Shown: piece after piece, positions 1 through 12,430 of the stretch
How the letters are laid out: the number at the start of each line of letters is the position of its first letter
How positions within the stretch are numbered: position 1 is the first letter of the stretch
The notes under the pieces: model-generated
The model's input: the letters and a program-made list of their open reading frames with translations, nothing else
Database searches by the model: none
Told to the model about the DNA's origin: nothing
Made by a program: the position numbers and the translations under genes
Origin: the human T2T-CHM13v2.0 reference genome, Homo sapiens
NCBI RefSeq assembly: GCF_009914755.1
Contig: NC_060926.1
Length of the DNA stretch: 64,000 bases
Strand: one strand, 5' to 3'

Positions 1-1166
1 CCTTTTTCCTTCTTTCACTCCATATGTCACATTAGTCTCTGTTCTTTAAAATAGAGAAAGCTTTGTAAACTTTTACTCACTCTTGATGTATATTGAGAGT
101 CTCTTGTTTATCCAGAAGTAGTTATGTACAAATCAAACATTTATATTTTTCACACAAAACTTTTACATATGTCATTTTATTTAACTCTCACAAAAATCCT
201 GCACTGCAGGCAGAATGATCTCATTTTTCTCATTCTACAGAGTACTAGAACTCTTAAGCCTCATTAAACTCCTCTTCTTACAATCACCGCCTTCACTATC
301 AACTGATTATCTCAAATAAGAACAGAGAAAGAAGATGCCACAATGCTATCTATGGAAAAGCCTTTATTAGCTTATTGTACCATCACTTACACATCTGTAT
401 TATAATTTGTTTCTTTAAAATAAGTCAGCTCTTAGTAGTAGTACTGATTCTGATGTGACCTTAGTTTGAGAGCTGGTAGAGGAAATTACATAATCACATT
501 GAAAAGGTATCGCAAATTAAATTATGAGGGAGTGCCCAGGATAAGCAAAAATAGGACTGATCCTACTGTTGATGGATAATTTTGTCATTAAGTCATTTTA
601 CTTACTTACTTTGACACATTCTCTGACACATAATGCAAATTGGACTTCTGTTCAACATATTTAGCCAGAAAAAAAGTACCAAAAGGTGTTGGAAGGGAAA
701 GGTATATGTTCTTAGAGAAAATATGTTTTAACATAAATTATAGTAAACTCTGATATCTCAATTATAGATACTGATACAATGATACGTGAACCAGGTTTGT
801 AATAACTGAGCTCAGATCAACAACACCACTTTTTTTATTCTTCTTTCATGCAGATAAGAAGGAAATAAAGCAGGATTTATTGAGTGCTTGTGAATACCAG
901 GTATCATACTAAGTACATTTATATATTGTTTCAATTAGGTTTTTGTCCTTGTAGACATTTTATTCTATTCAATGTGCTGTTTTGAAAACTGTGATGAAAT
1001 GACATTTTTAAAAAAATGACCAAGGACAGAACACACAGCAAGCATGATATTTTAAACCACCTACAACTTACAGTATAAGACTGATACAGAAAACAGAAAG
1101 CTGATATTAGATCTGTCCTGTTACAATATGAAATCTAGTTCCAAAAAATATAACCATCCCCTGATG

Positions 1167-1332
1167 CAATGATTCTCAAAGTGTGGTCTTGGATCAGCAG
1201 AATCAGCATCCCAAAGGAACTTCTTAAAAGTGTATATTATTGGGTCCCTTCTTAGACCTATGAAGTCCAGCAATCTGTGTTTAGCTAGTTCCCTAGGGGC
1301 TTGTGGATGCTCTTCAAGTTTGTGAAGCACTG
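1167..1332. mobile_element. MER5-like hAT-Charlie DNA transposon fossil
   Basis: Begins CAATGATTCTCAAAGTGTGGTC and ends TTTGTGAAGCACTG, resembling degenerate MER5A/B terminal inverted repeats. Confidence 0.65.
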
Positions 1333-1805
1333 CTCTTGTCTTTGCCTTTCTGCTCCACTTTTTTCTTTCACCCTGCAAACGCTCTTGTCAGACAAATCTT
1401 TCATAGTTGGAAACCCTCAGTGAGGAAATTTTTTATTTGGTTCCCTGGGTTATATATTTTTCCTAGACTATTTTTTTTTTTTGGCTTCAATATAGTGTGT
1501 GTGAATCTCATTCTCTCCATTCCACATTACTATCAACTTTTTCTCCTCCTAAAAGGCTCAGTTTGTTGGCTAAGTATCATTAAATTCATTTTGCTGTGTC
1601 TGAAAGGGAAGTGAGCCATTAAGGGAAAGCTCCATTGGATCTGTGAGTCGTAATGGTTTGATAAAACTTTTACAATTTTTTTAAAATTTCATATTAGATA
1701 TAAAAATGTAGAGTCTCTTTCTTATGAAATGGGTGGGTTTTGCTTGGGCTGTATTATTTGCCCAACTGAATGTGGGGCCCTGGAATCTCTTTTAATAAAA
1801 TGAAT

Positions 1806-2388
1806 TGTGGTGGACAGGGGCTGAGATGATACTGAATGATTGTGTCATTTGGTGACACCATGATTGTGTCATTCATGGTGTTCACACTTTTGTGTTATCC
1901 CCTTCCTTTGAGTTTTGGCAGGACCTGTGACTAGCCTCCAACCAATGGACAATGACAAAGATGATAGGCTGTCACATAGCTAGGTTTCTCACATAGAATT
2001 TCATATCAGCCAACAGGAGCTGGAAACTCTTCTTGCAGTCTTGAGAAAGTAGGTGGTCATGTGGAACAAACTGTAGACAGCTTAAAGGCAAATTCCAGCC
2101 AACAACTAGCAAAAATCTGAGCCTTCAGTTAAACAGAAGCAGTGAAATCAATTCTGCCCACAACCTGAATGACCTTGGAAGCAGATTCTTCCTCAATTGA
2201 GCCTCCAGATGAGAATGCAGCCTGGCCAACAACTGCCTCATTAACTGTGAAACTGACTCTGAGCAGAGGACAAAGCAAAGCTGTGCACAGACTCCTGACT
2301 TACCAAGCCTGTGAGATGATATTCCCAAATTATTTTAAGCTGATAGATTCCTGGAAATTTTATTACATATCAATAGAAAATGAATACA
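1806..2388 (+). mobile_element. MLT1-type MaLR solo LTR (old, subfamily uncertain)
   Basis: TGTGG start, MLT1-like core (AATTCTGCCCACAACCTGAATGACCTTGGAAGCAGATTCTT) and CAATAGAAAATGAATACA end. Confidence 0.75.
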
Positions 2389-3379
2389 CTAATTATCTCT
2401 GATTTTTCTGCCCATTTCACTCATCATTTTTCCCTGGCAGTTGCCCAAGATGTGAAAAAATAAAGAAAACTTGAAAGTTCGGGCTTCATGGTTGCTAATG
2501 GGCTCCTTGTCTCTCTTTTCCCTCCAAGTTACCCACACTTCCCCATAGATCATATGTTTTTTAATTTATCTTATATGTTTAGTCCTATTTTCAGTAGAAG
2601 TAGTTATTTCTGGGAGATCATAATTATACCAATTTCTCTCTCTTGTGTTTTCTTCACAGAATGGGAAAAACAAATCCTAAACCTTAGAAATGCCCCTGCC
2701 TGGTGAACTCTGTGGTGGCTGAGAGGGCTTCTTTTCTGCAGGAGTTTTCAGATCTTTCCTTCTGGCTTCCTAGTTATCTCTTCACTATGATTTTCTCCAA
2801 ATGTGAAGCATTTATGCGACTAGGCCCTTTAGCTTTTCTGCATCACATCTGGGAAGGCTGAGATAGAAACTGAGCCTTTCTTAATGCTGCCTTTTCTCTC
2901 TTTCCCCAGTTGCCACTTTTAAAAAATTATGGCATAAGATTGTGACCTTTCCTTAGTATCAATAATGCAGGTGTTGTTTGCTAGCTTCCATCTTATTTTG
3001 TGTCCATTTTTTAGAGAGGATAATGTTTTTTGAAATATTTCATGTTCTGTAAATCTTCTTTCCCTCTGGCTTTCCTCCCATTGAATCAATGGGTTTCAAT
3101 GCTGCAAGGGAAAGATGAGCTACTAGCTAAAAAAACCGAAACCATTTCTCAACTTTGACTGTTATTTCTTCTTTACCCCTTGTGAGGCAATAGTTTTGAA
3201 AGCCAGGCTTTGTTTAAAACAATGTTTTACAAATTCTTTGAGTTACCCCTAACCTATCCAAGAGCAATAATTATGAATTTTGATGTTACCTTTGTATAAT
3301 GTTGTTGGATATTATCTTGTATGGATGTTATGTTTGGATGTTATCTTTGTATCTTTGGATGTTATCCTTTGTATAAGCG

Positions 3380-3566
3380 AATGCATCTCAAAGTGTAGTC
3401 CCTGGATCAATAGCATTAACATCATCTAGGAACTAGTTTGAAATGAACATTTTGGTTTTTTTCTCAGAACTATTCAATAAGAATCTCTGGGAGTGGGGCC
3501 TAGCAATCTATGTTTCATCAAGTCCTCTAGATGATTCTGATACACAGTAACATCGGAGAACAGCTA
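3380..3566. mobile_element. MER5A-like DNA transposon fossil
   Basis: CTCAAAGTGTAGTCCCTGGATC...CTCTGGGAGTGGGGCCTAGCAATCTATGTTT...GATTCTGAT motifs typical of MER5A. Confidence 0.7.
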
Positions 3567-5916
3567 CTGTGAAGATAACTGATAAGTGAAGAGAAATAGA
3601 AATAAGTCATGATATGACACAGATAAAATTGTTGAAACATGCATAAGGCAAAATTTCTACCTTTTCCACCTCAGGGACAATAGGAAGGCAAAGTGAGGAA
3701 TTATACCTAGTGAAAACAACCAGATATATATAGGAATTGTGAAAACATCAGAGCTAGAGGCCAGCTGCATTAGGGCATAACCTAGAGTTTGGGTGGAATA
3801 CAAGTCTTAGGAAAAGTTCCATATTTACTTAGCACCATGTTTAAAATGGTAGAAGAGCAATAAAGTAGGGTTGGCAAAGGAAATTTGTGAGATCACCTAA
3901 GATAATGCTGCTGCTTTTCCATGGCTTGTCCATGGTATGCAGGACACTCTGATTTTCTTCCTGTACCTCAGGCAGGGGACATGGAAATATGGAAGGGACT
4001 GACAAGGGCCTGGGGCTGGGAAGAGGGGATTGTTATGTGTGGAAAACTGAATGACAAGAGATGATCTCAGACAAGCATACTGCCAATTGTCAACAGCATT
4101 GGGCATGAGAAAATGCTCAAAAACTAGGCAGAACCTGATTATCATAAGTGGAGTCAGTGTGGGCAGAGGCTGCTGCCCAGAGATAAATGAGCTGGGATAG
4201 CTTTGCTGGGTTCCTGCAGAGAAACACAGAATTTGTACCCCTTTCTGTCAATAATAATTTCCCCTTTATCCAGAAACTATATTGTGAAAGTAGAGTAGGA
4301 AGAAGGAGGAAATTCTATGTAAGAATTTGAATTCTAATTAATGTAATATATACAAAAAAGGAATAATTTCAACTGAGAGAGATATTTAAACCAGTGGTCC
4401 CTGATTTATTGCTGAGTGGTGTTTAAATATCGACCTCATAACCCCCATCCTGCTCCCAGTTTGAGTGTAAGTGCATGAAAGCAATAATATCAGTTATAGA
4501 AAATAATGCTACATTTTAAAAGAAACAATATAATCTTGAGTTAAAATTTTAATATGGATATTGTTAATTTTTAAAGGCTGAACTTTTGGATTCCATTTCC
4601 TTCTCCCATCTTTCAGCGTCTATTCAAATATTTTTCTTAACTCTGCCTCTCAAAGACAAATCATAAAGCTGATTTTTTTTATTTTAGGTAAAGTATCTTT
4701 ATTAACTGCCAATTTGATACAATTGATTTAGCTTTAGTATAAACCACAAAATCAGAAAAACTAGCTAAAATTATATATATGCAATTTGATTGTTTATAAA
4801 ATTATTTTAAAACATACATCATTGAAGAAAAATAATAATTTTCCTAAACAGATTGAGTTGCATGTATTCCCAATGGACTTTTTATTTAACTTATTTTTAG
4901 GTGATTTTCTTGAGGATACAATGTACATATCACTACAATATCTATCTATAGATTTCTTTATGATAAAATTGACTTTTGTAAAGCTATATCCAGATAGTGC
5001 TGAAATAAATTATTCCACCTCCTTTGTAACATTAGAAAGTGCTTTCCAGGCACTTTCAAGAAGATTACATTGGTAAGTTTTACGTCTTGACTGTCTGCTT
5101 TTTCTGTGTGTAGAGATATGAAGAACCTATGGGGGGCGTTAAGAAAAGTTCCCACATAATTATGGGGATGTGAGAAGAGAAGAATGCTGATTTCATATAT
5201 TTCATTCATTTAAAATAGACAATTTCAGTGACTACTTTATCCTATTCTAAGGCCTAGAGACCTCAAGATGGGCGGGGTGGGGGGGGTGTGAGGAGATGCT
5301 GCAGGTAGCAGCTACTCTCAAGTAAGTCCCTCACAATGCAGTTCCAAGACAAATATATAAATAACGACAGACTAAATGATAATTTCTAAGAATGAAAGTG
5401 TACACAAAGTACAGTTGTATTGTAAGAGAAAGATACACTTATATTGGAAGTAGTCAGGGGGACATCACAAAGGAAGCAACATCTGAGCTAAAATTTTTAA
5501 AAGGAATTCTTAAGAGTGACAAGCAGGAGAAAAGGAAGGTGAAGCTTTACTCTGGATATACTTCTGAGAAGAACTGAAAATTCAGGGTAAAATACTCTTG
5601 TAAGCTGTAGTGATGAAACTGTGACGCACCAGCAGTGTTGAATCGGGGAAACAAAAGCTGAGAGATACTCATTGGTTTTATCACTGAAACAAAGACTGGG
5701 AAGTTGTATAGGGTTAATTAAAAGGAGAATCTAATCAGATACAGTTGGTGAATCCTGGAATGGATTGTGGAGGCCATTTAATGATCTTTCTAAATATAAG
5801 GCCAGCTGACTTTGTGTCTACTTTGTTAGAAAGAAAAGGAAAAGTAAGAAAGATAATTTTTATTAGAGTCAAAATTTGTATTCCTGCATTAGCCATAAAC
5901 CCAGAAAATAAGCTAC

Positions 5917-6995
5917 TGTTCGTGGAAAAACCAAACACTGTAAAATAGTTAAAGAGGTTTATTCTGAGTCAATATGAATAACCATAGCCCAAAAGAACAG
6001 TCTCGAAAGGTCCTGAGAAAGTGTGGCTGAGGCAGGTGGGTTACAGCTTGGTTTTGTACATTTTAGGGAGACAGGAATTACAAAGACATAAACCAATATA
6101 TGGTAGGCATACATTGGTTTGGCCCCAAAAGATGGGACATCTAGAAGCGGTAGGATGCAGGGGGTAGAGTGTTACAGGTCATAGATTGATTCAAATATTT
6201 TTGATTGGCAATTGGTTGAAAGACTTAGCTTTGTCTAAAAAATTGAAGCCAGTGTAAAGAAATGCGTGCATTAAGATAAAGGGGGCTATGGAAGCCAATG
6301 TTCTTGTTATGTAGATGAAGCCTCTAGGTAGCAGCCTTCAGAGAGAATAGATGATAAATATCTATTTTCAGGCCTTAAAAGGTGTCAGACTCTTAACCTC
6401 TCCTAGATCCAGGAAAGGCCAGAAAAGTGTAGGCCTGGCTGCATTAATGGAGATTCTCTACAGGTGCAAATTTCCCCCACAAAAGATGGCTTTGCATTTC
6501 AAAATATGTCAAAGTGTATATATGTGTGTGTGTGTGTGTGTGTATATGTATATATACACACATATATACACACACATATACACACATACACACACATACA
6601 TACGTATATATATTTATATATATACACATATATACTTACATATATACGTATATATTTTCAGTTCTTCTCAGAAGTATATCCAGACTAAAGCTTCACCTTC
6701 CTTTTCTCCTGCTTCCTTTTCTCCTTTTCTCCTTTTCTCCAGTGCCTGCTATCTGTCATGTGATGCTATATCAGAGTCAGGTTGGAATTTGGTATCTAAT
6801 TGCCACAAAGAGTCTATTTTGTCAGTCTTAGGTCTGTTCTGCCTAATTCCAAAAGGGAGGGGATATAATGAGGTGCATCCAACCTCTTTCCTCATGGCTG
6901 GGAATTCAGTCTTTTAGGTTTCTCTGGCCTCCCCTTGACCAAAAGGGGGTTCATTCAGTCAGTCGGGGGGCCTAGGATTTTATTTTTGATTTACA
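5917..6995 (-). mobile_element. MER4-group ERV1 solo LTR (MER4B/D-like) containing a microsatellite expansion
   Basis: Reverse complement starts TGTAAATCAAAAATAAAATCCTAGGCCCCCC and ends ...AACA; AATAAA on the minus strand near 5958-5963. Confidence 0.75.
6516..6655. repeat. Compound (TG)n/(TA)n/(CA)n microsatellite
   Basis: Directly visible alternating purine-pyrimidine tract of about 140 bp. Confidence 0.95.
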
Positions 6996-7205
6996 CCAAC
7001 TTCTGATTATTAAGCAGAAAAATATTCCTACCAAATAACAGAATTCATAAACTGCATCTCATAATATCAACTGCAGTGGAAACTACAAAAATATTAACTT
7101 ATGCAAATGAAGACTTCCTCTATGCCTAATAAGCCAGAATTTTAGAGAGTTCCTGTTAGACCTGTGCTAATGATATAGGTTGATAAATTTTCAAGTTAAA
7201 CTCTC

Positions 7206-7585
7206 TGATAGGACAAGAGTACTGCCATCTTAATGAGATTCCACCATCTTAAAGTATCAAGCTTTTATTTCTCAGAACTGTCTGTTGCTACCTGACCAAA
7301 CCACAAATGTCAGTCCTGCCCATATCTTCAACAGAACATAATGACCCTAATTGCAACAAAGCTTATCAAAGTCCAGCTAGCATTTTCCTAGCCCCTCACC
7401 GATAGGAACCTCTCTTAGAGCACACTTCCCCCACCAAGCCCTTTTTAAAAGCCTTAGGCTGTAAGAGAAGTTTGCTCCTGACCCTGCCAGCCAAAAGCCT
7501 TTCTGAGGTTTACTCTCAATAAACCTGTCTCAACTGTTGAGGTGCCTTCTCTTCTCTCCCTTCCTTCCATTTCTCTACCCTAGCA
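7206..7585 (+). mobile_element. Solo LTR, family not identified
   Basis: TG...CA termini; perfect 5-bp TSD CTCTC (7201-7205 and 7586-7590); TATA-like TTTAAAA near 7445 and AATAAA near 7518. Confidence 0.75.
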
Positions 7586-7654
7586 CTCTCCTTCCTTGAG
7601 AAACAATGACAAATGTGTTTAATATGTGATACACACCATTGGCTGAGTTGATCT

Positions 7655-8346
7655 TGTTAGCAGCAGTGAATTCATATGGGTCTGTATCAACTTCAATTCT
7701 TGCCTCCTCAAAAGAAAGAATTCAGCCAAGGGGACATAAGGCAGACTGAGAGACTGAGGCAAGTTTTAGAGCAGGAGTGAAAGTTTATTCAAAAGTTTTA
7801 GACTAGAACGAAAGAATGTGAAGTACACTTGGAAGAGGGCCAACCAGGCGACTTGAGAGATTCAAGTGCCCTGTTTGAACTTTGACTTGAGGCTTTATAC
7901 CCTAGTATGCTTTCAGGTTCTGTGTTACTTCTCCCCTGATTCTTCTTTTGGGGTGGGGTGTCCTCATGCCCAGGGTCCTGCCAGCACTTGGAAGGGATCA
8001 CATGTGCAGTGTGTTTACTGAAGTTGTGCACATGCTCACTTGAGGCATTTTTCCCTTACCAGTAGGTCATATACCAGTTACACTCTGCCATTTTGCCTCT
8101 TAAGTGTCCATGCTTGGGCCCATTCATTGTCCAACTCCTGAGATCTTACCAGGAAGCTGCTGATAACCAGCTTCAGGTGTTTTCTATGTATTGGGAGACT
8201 GCCTTTCCCTGGCACCATCTGTGACCGTTTATTATTTTAGAGCGACAGCATAACAACCACCTGAACATCACCTGATGGTTGCTTGACATTCCAGGAGTGG
8301 GGCCTCTTCTGCTCTGCTTATGTCTGCCTAACTTCCCACTGTAACA
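7655..8346 (-). mobile_element. MER50-like ERV1 solo LTR
   Basis: TGTTA...TAACA termini; perfect 4-bp TSD ATCT (7651-7654, 8347-8350); reverse complement starts TGTTACAGTGGGAAGTTAGGCAGACATAAGCAG like MER50. Confidence 0.8.
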
Positions 8347-10585
8347 ATCTCATTGGCAGAATTTTAAATATTCTTGATTGTAATTTACCTATGTTACTCT
8401 ATGCTAGTTCTGATCATTGCCCCTCTGGGCACTTACTCTCTTCCATATATATTAGAAACAATCTCTGAAGCTCTAGCCAAGTAGCATTGCTCGGAATGCA
8501 ACCAACTCTGCTCCCCAAACACAGTGTAAGACCAATAAGCCTGTTCAAAATGCTAGAAAATAGAAATTCTAGACTTAATTACCAAATACTGTGCTATCTT
8601 TCTCATCAGACTCCTTATTCCTCTTTCATAAAAACGTTAGTTCTAATGGCAGCTTTGTGAGATGAAACCTCACTGTAACTGTGTCTTAACGTGAGTTCAG
8701 TGCAGCTGAAGAACATATTTTAATCAGTAATAACAATCTTCTCAATTCTGCGTCCTATGGTTTTATGTTGGGTAAAACAACTCACCACTTAGAATATAGA
8801 CAGCTAATTCCTTGTTACCTCTACTTGTAGTGACTAAATTCACATTCAATTGAACTATAGCGGTTCATATTCCTTCTCTTTGTTTATTTTGTTTCTTTTT
8901 ATATACACATAAAATAGTTTTATTCATATATTCAAAGTGAACTCACACTTAATAGTATAATCCTCCAAAGCTGTGACTGATAGTGTCAGAACAATTGTAA
9001 ATATAAGACAATTGAAGATTTGTTTAATCATTGTTAATGAAATGAAATAGAGAAATTGTTGTAAAATTCATCCTGTGGTGTTATGTTCTGTTTAGACCAT
9101 GTGAAAGTACATAAAGAATTTGAGTTGGCATGACCTAGAATGAAGGACATCTGTACTTGGAGAAAGGGATAACTATGCCATCTTGTCCTGCTACCTAGAA
9201 ATGTATTTATGACAGTCTTTGACTGCCAGATTACGTGTCTTATTGTTGATGCCAATTTTTTTGTATGAAGTTGCATGTGTGTCATAGCTCTTAAAATACT
9301 TTCAACAAAGGAGGCCATTTTCATGCATTCTAAATACAAATAAATACTTCGTTTGTGGTTCTGACCATACTCTAATATCTATTACATTTCTAAAACTTTC
9401 TATATGGCCTCCTACTTAACTGATTTCTATGAATATTCCATGTTGTTTAAAAATTTAGTACTTTCTCTGAATCTCATGTAAGATCCATGTATCTGTCTAT
9501 CTTTACCTATCTATCATTTCTCTATGTCCACTGATAGGATATTAATGGTTTATGCACATTCATATACACACATATAAAATATTTCCTTTTTTTTGCTTAA
9601 TCTATATTTTTTTCTGACAATGAGTAAAAACTCCAACACAAACGTTGATTTATCTATTTCTTTCCTCTCTTTAACAGTTTCCTATGTTTTGAAGGAAGCT
9701 GGTTAGGTGCATATATGTGTATATCATTATAATAGTATCTTTTTCTTTTTATTTTATCAGAATGTAATATTACTTTTTCTCTTATAAAGCTTTTCACTTT
9801 AAATTCTATTCTGCTCTGAAAGAAAATCTGTTATCCAAGCTTTCCTCTCACTGCCTGTAATATCCTTCTAGTCATGTAATTTAAACTTTTAGAATTATTT
9901 TCACCTAAAGTCAGTCTGTGTAAATTACAAGTATTAAATCTTGGATAATTGTTCAGTCTGAGGGTTTCGCCCCTTCGACTGTTAAGTTCTATTTATTGAA
10001 TTGCATGTGATATATTGTTATGTTAGGATATACTGCCTTTTTTGTTCATGCTTTATTTTGCAAAATTTTATTTATTCCTCCTTTTTTCTTATCTGCCTTC
10101 AATTAGATAGAATGATTGTTGAACTAAAAACTATTCATTTCATCTTTATTTTTCTGATGTTTTCCCTAACAATCATATTAACTTTCCTCTAACCATTTTA
10201 AAGTATCCATAATATTTCCCTAAACTATTAATAGTTCTTAGCATACTCAACTGTATTTCCCAGCTCTTATTGGTAACATATGGAATCTTAGTTCTGCTTA
10301 TGGATATGAGAGGAGGTTAAGAAATTGTTGCATAGTTTCTTGATGGATTTCCCTTCTTGCTTTTTTTTCTTCTAATTGTTCTCCCACCTTCTTTCTATAT
10401 CTAAAATACTGTATTCAAATATTTTGTTTCAAAGATAGTAGACGAGGTATACAATTTCAGGATATAATTTATTTTTTTCTGAGTTTTAAAACTATAATTT
10501 TATTTCCTTCATGAGACTGGAGCTTTTAAAAGAAGTCTGATGTGATTTTAATTTCTGTTTTCCCTACCGTGGCCTGCTCTTATTT

Positions 10586-10890
10586 ATTTATTGATTTATT
10601 TATTTTTTGAGACAGAGTTTCACTCTTGTTGCCCAGGCTGTAGTGCAATGGCACGATCTCAGCTCACTACAAACTCCGCCTCCCAGTTCAAGTGATTCTC
10701 CTGCCTCAGCCTCCCGAGTAGCTGGGATTACAGGTGTCCGCCACCATGGCTGGCTAATTTTTGTATTTTTAGTAGAGACGGGGTTTCACCGTGTTGGCTA
10801 GGCTGGTCTCGAACTCCTGACCTCAAATGATCTGCCCACCACGGCCTCCCAGAGTGCTGAGATTACAGGCATGACCCACTGCAGCCGGCT
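10586..10890 (-). mobile_element. AluS (Sp/Sq-like), full length
   Basis: Alu dimer with a (TTTA)n tail; 14-bp TSD GCCTGCTCTTATTT at 10572-10585 and 10891-10904. Confidence 0.95.
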
Positions 10891-12292
10891 GCCTGCTCTT
10901 ATTTTTAGAAAATTTTTGACATTACTTTTTTGTCTTGAATGTTTTCACATATCATCACTGTAATATGTAAACATGTGAATTTTTTCAGCTCTTAGATATT
11001 TGGATATCTATAAATACTTTTAACCTAATTTCCTTAAGAAAAATTTATGTTTATTATTTCTTTAAATACACCTTCCCTTTTATGAATTTTTTTCTATTAT
11101 TTATTTATACTTATAATCTTCAACATATCTTAATTTTTAAAAATTATAACTTTTTAATGTATTTGTAGTACAGTCCCTTGTTTTGACAGTAGAGCAAATC
11201 AATTTACTCTTTGACTATATCCTTTCTGCTATGTATGCCTATTTAAGCTCTTATTGTTAACTATAATATTTTTCATGTATTTTCATTTGGCTTTTATTTA
11301 TAATTACTTAATCTTTATGCTTTTTAAAAATTATATATTGATGCATCATCAGTCATAGAAACTTGGCAGATATAGAAACTAGCATTTTGAAAAAGTAATA
11401 AACAGTACAGTATTTTGTTTTCTTATAATAGATAAATGTAAATCCTTTAAAATAGTTTATTAATTCTACTTTTATCTAATATGAATTATGCTACTCAATT
11501 TCCACAACTTTTTTCTATGCAAAACCCACATTTTCACAGGTTCATCTTGACCAGTCATGTGTACTCAGGAAAATGGGCTAAAATCCCAAACTTAATTCAA
11601 GGAATAGTAAGTTTATAATTAATTTTATACGATAGTGCCACAGTGTTTTTCAAAGTGGCTATAACATATAACATTGCTTCCAAAAATCAATGGTAATTCA
11701 GTTCTTCTGAATATATACGAGCACTTGGTTGGTCAGGTTTTTGTTTCGTTTTGCTTGTTTTTTTTGTTGTTGTTACTGTTGTTATGTTTGCTTACTAATT
11801 TGTTAGACTTTGTTTTCAATTTACTTGTTTTAAATGGTGTGTAGCCATATCTCATTTTGGTATTAATTTGCATTTCCCTAATAACTAATGATATTTCATG
11901 TGCTTATTTACCACCTGAATATCTTCCTTGCTGAAGTGTTTCCTCAAATATTTTGCTCGTTTTATTGGTTTGAATATTTCTATTGAGTTTTGAGAGTTTT
12001 TAATATTTTCTTGCTACAAATCCTTTACCACTTATAAACACTGTAAATATCTTTTCACACTTCATATCTTGTCTCTTCATTCTCTTAATATTATCTTTTA
12101 AGTAACAGCAATTTATAATTTTTATGAAGCCCAATTTCCTATGTTTTTCTGTTATGCATTGTGTTTTTGATGTTATATATATGAAATGTTTAACTAACTC
12201 AAGATTTTGCCCTGTTTCTCATAGAAGTTTTATATTTTATGATTTTTTTTAGGTCTATGATCCATTTTGAATGATTTTTATATAAGGCAAGG

Positions 12293-12430
12293 TATTTATT
12301 TATTTATTTTTAAATTTTAGATTCAGGAGGTCCACGTGCAGGTTTGTTACAAGGATATATTGCATAATGCAGGGGTTTAGGCTTCTACTGAACCCAAGAA
12401 AGCATTACGGAGATTTCTCAAAACTAAAGA
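12293..12430 (-). mobile_element. Short L1PB-like 3' end with an inverted upstream fragment
   Basis: (TTTA)n tail then GTCCACGTGCAGGTTTGTTACAAGG (L1 3' UTR antisense), followed by a plus-strand L1-like piece GAAAGCATTACGGAGATTTCTCAAAACTAAA. Confidence 0.6.

Noticed and set aside
6351-6917. 188-aa ORF and overlapping ORFs rich in Y/I/H/T/C/V
   Set aside because: They translate a (TG)/(TA)/(CA) microsatellite inside a MER4-group LTR; low-complexity artefacts.
10607-10801. Alu-derived ORFs (also 18999-19278, 19971-20162, 29344-29547, 33364-33825, 48095-48433, 53368-53619)
   Set aside because: Typical Alu translations ([14 protein letters not shown] etc.), not genes.
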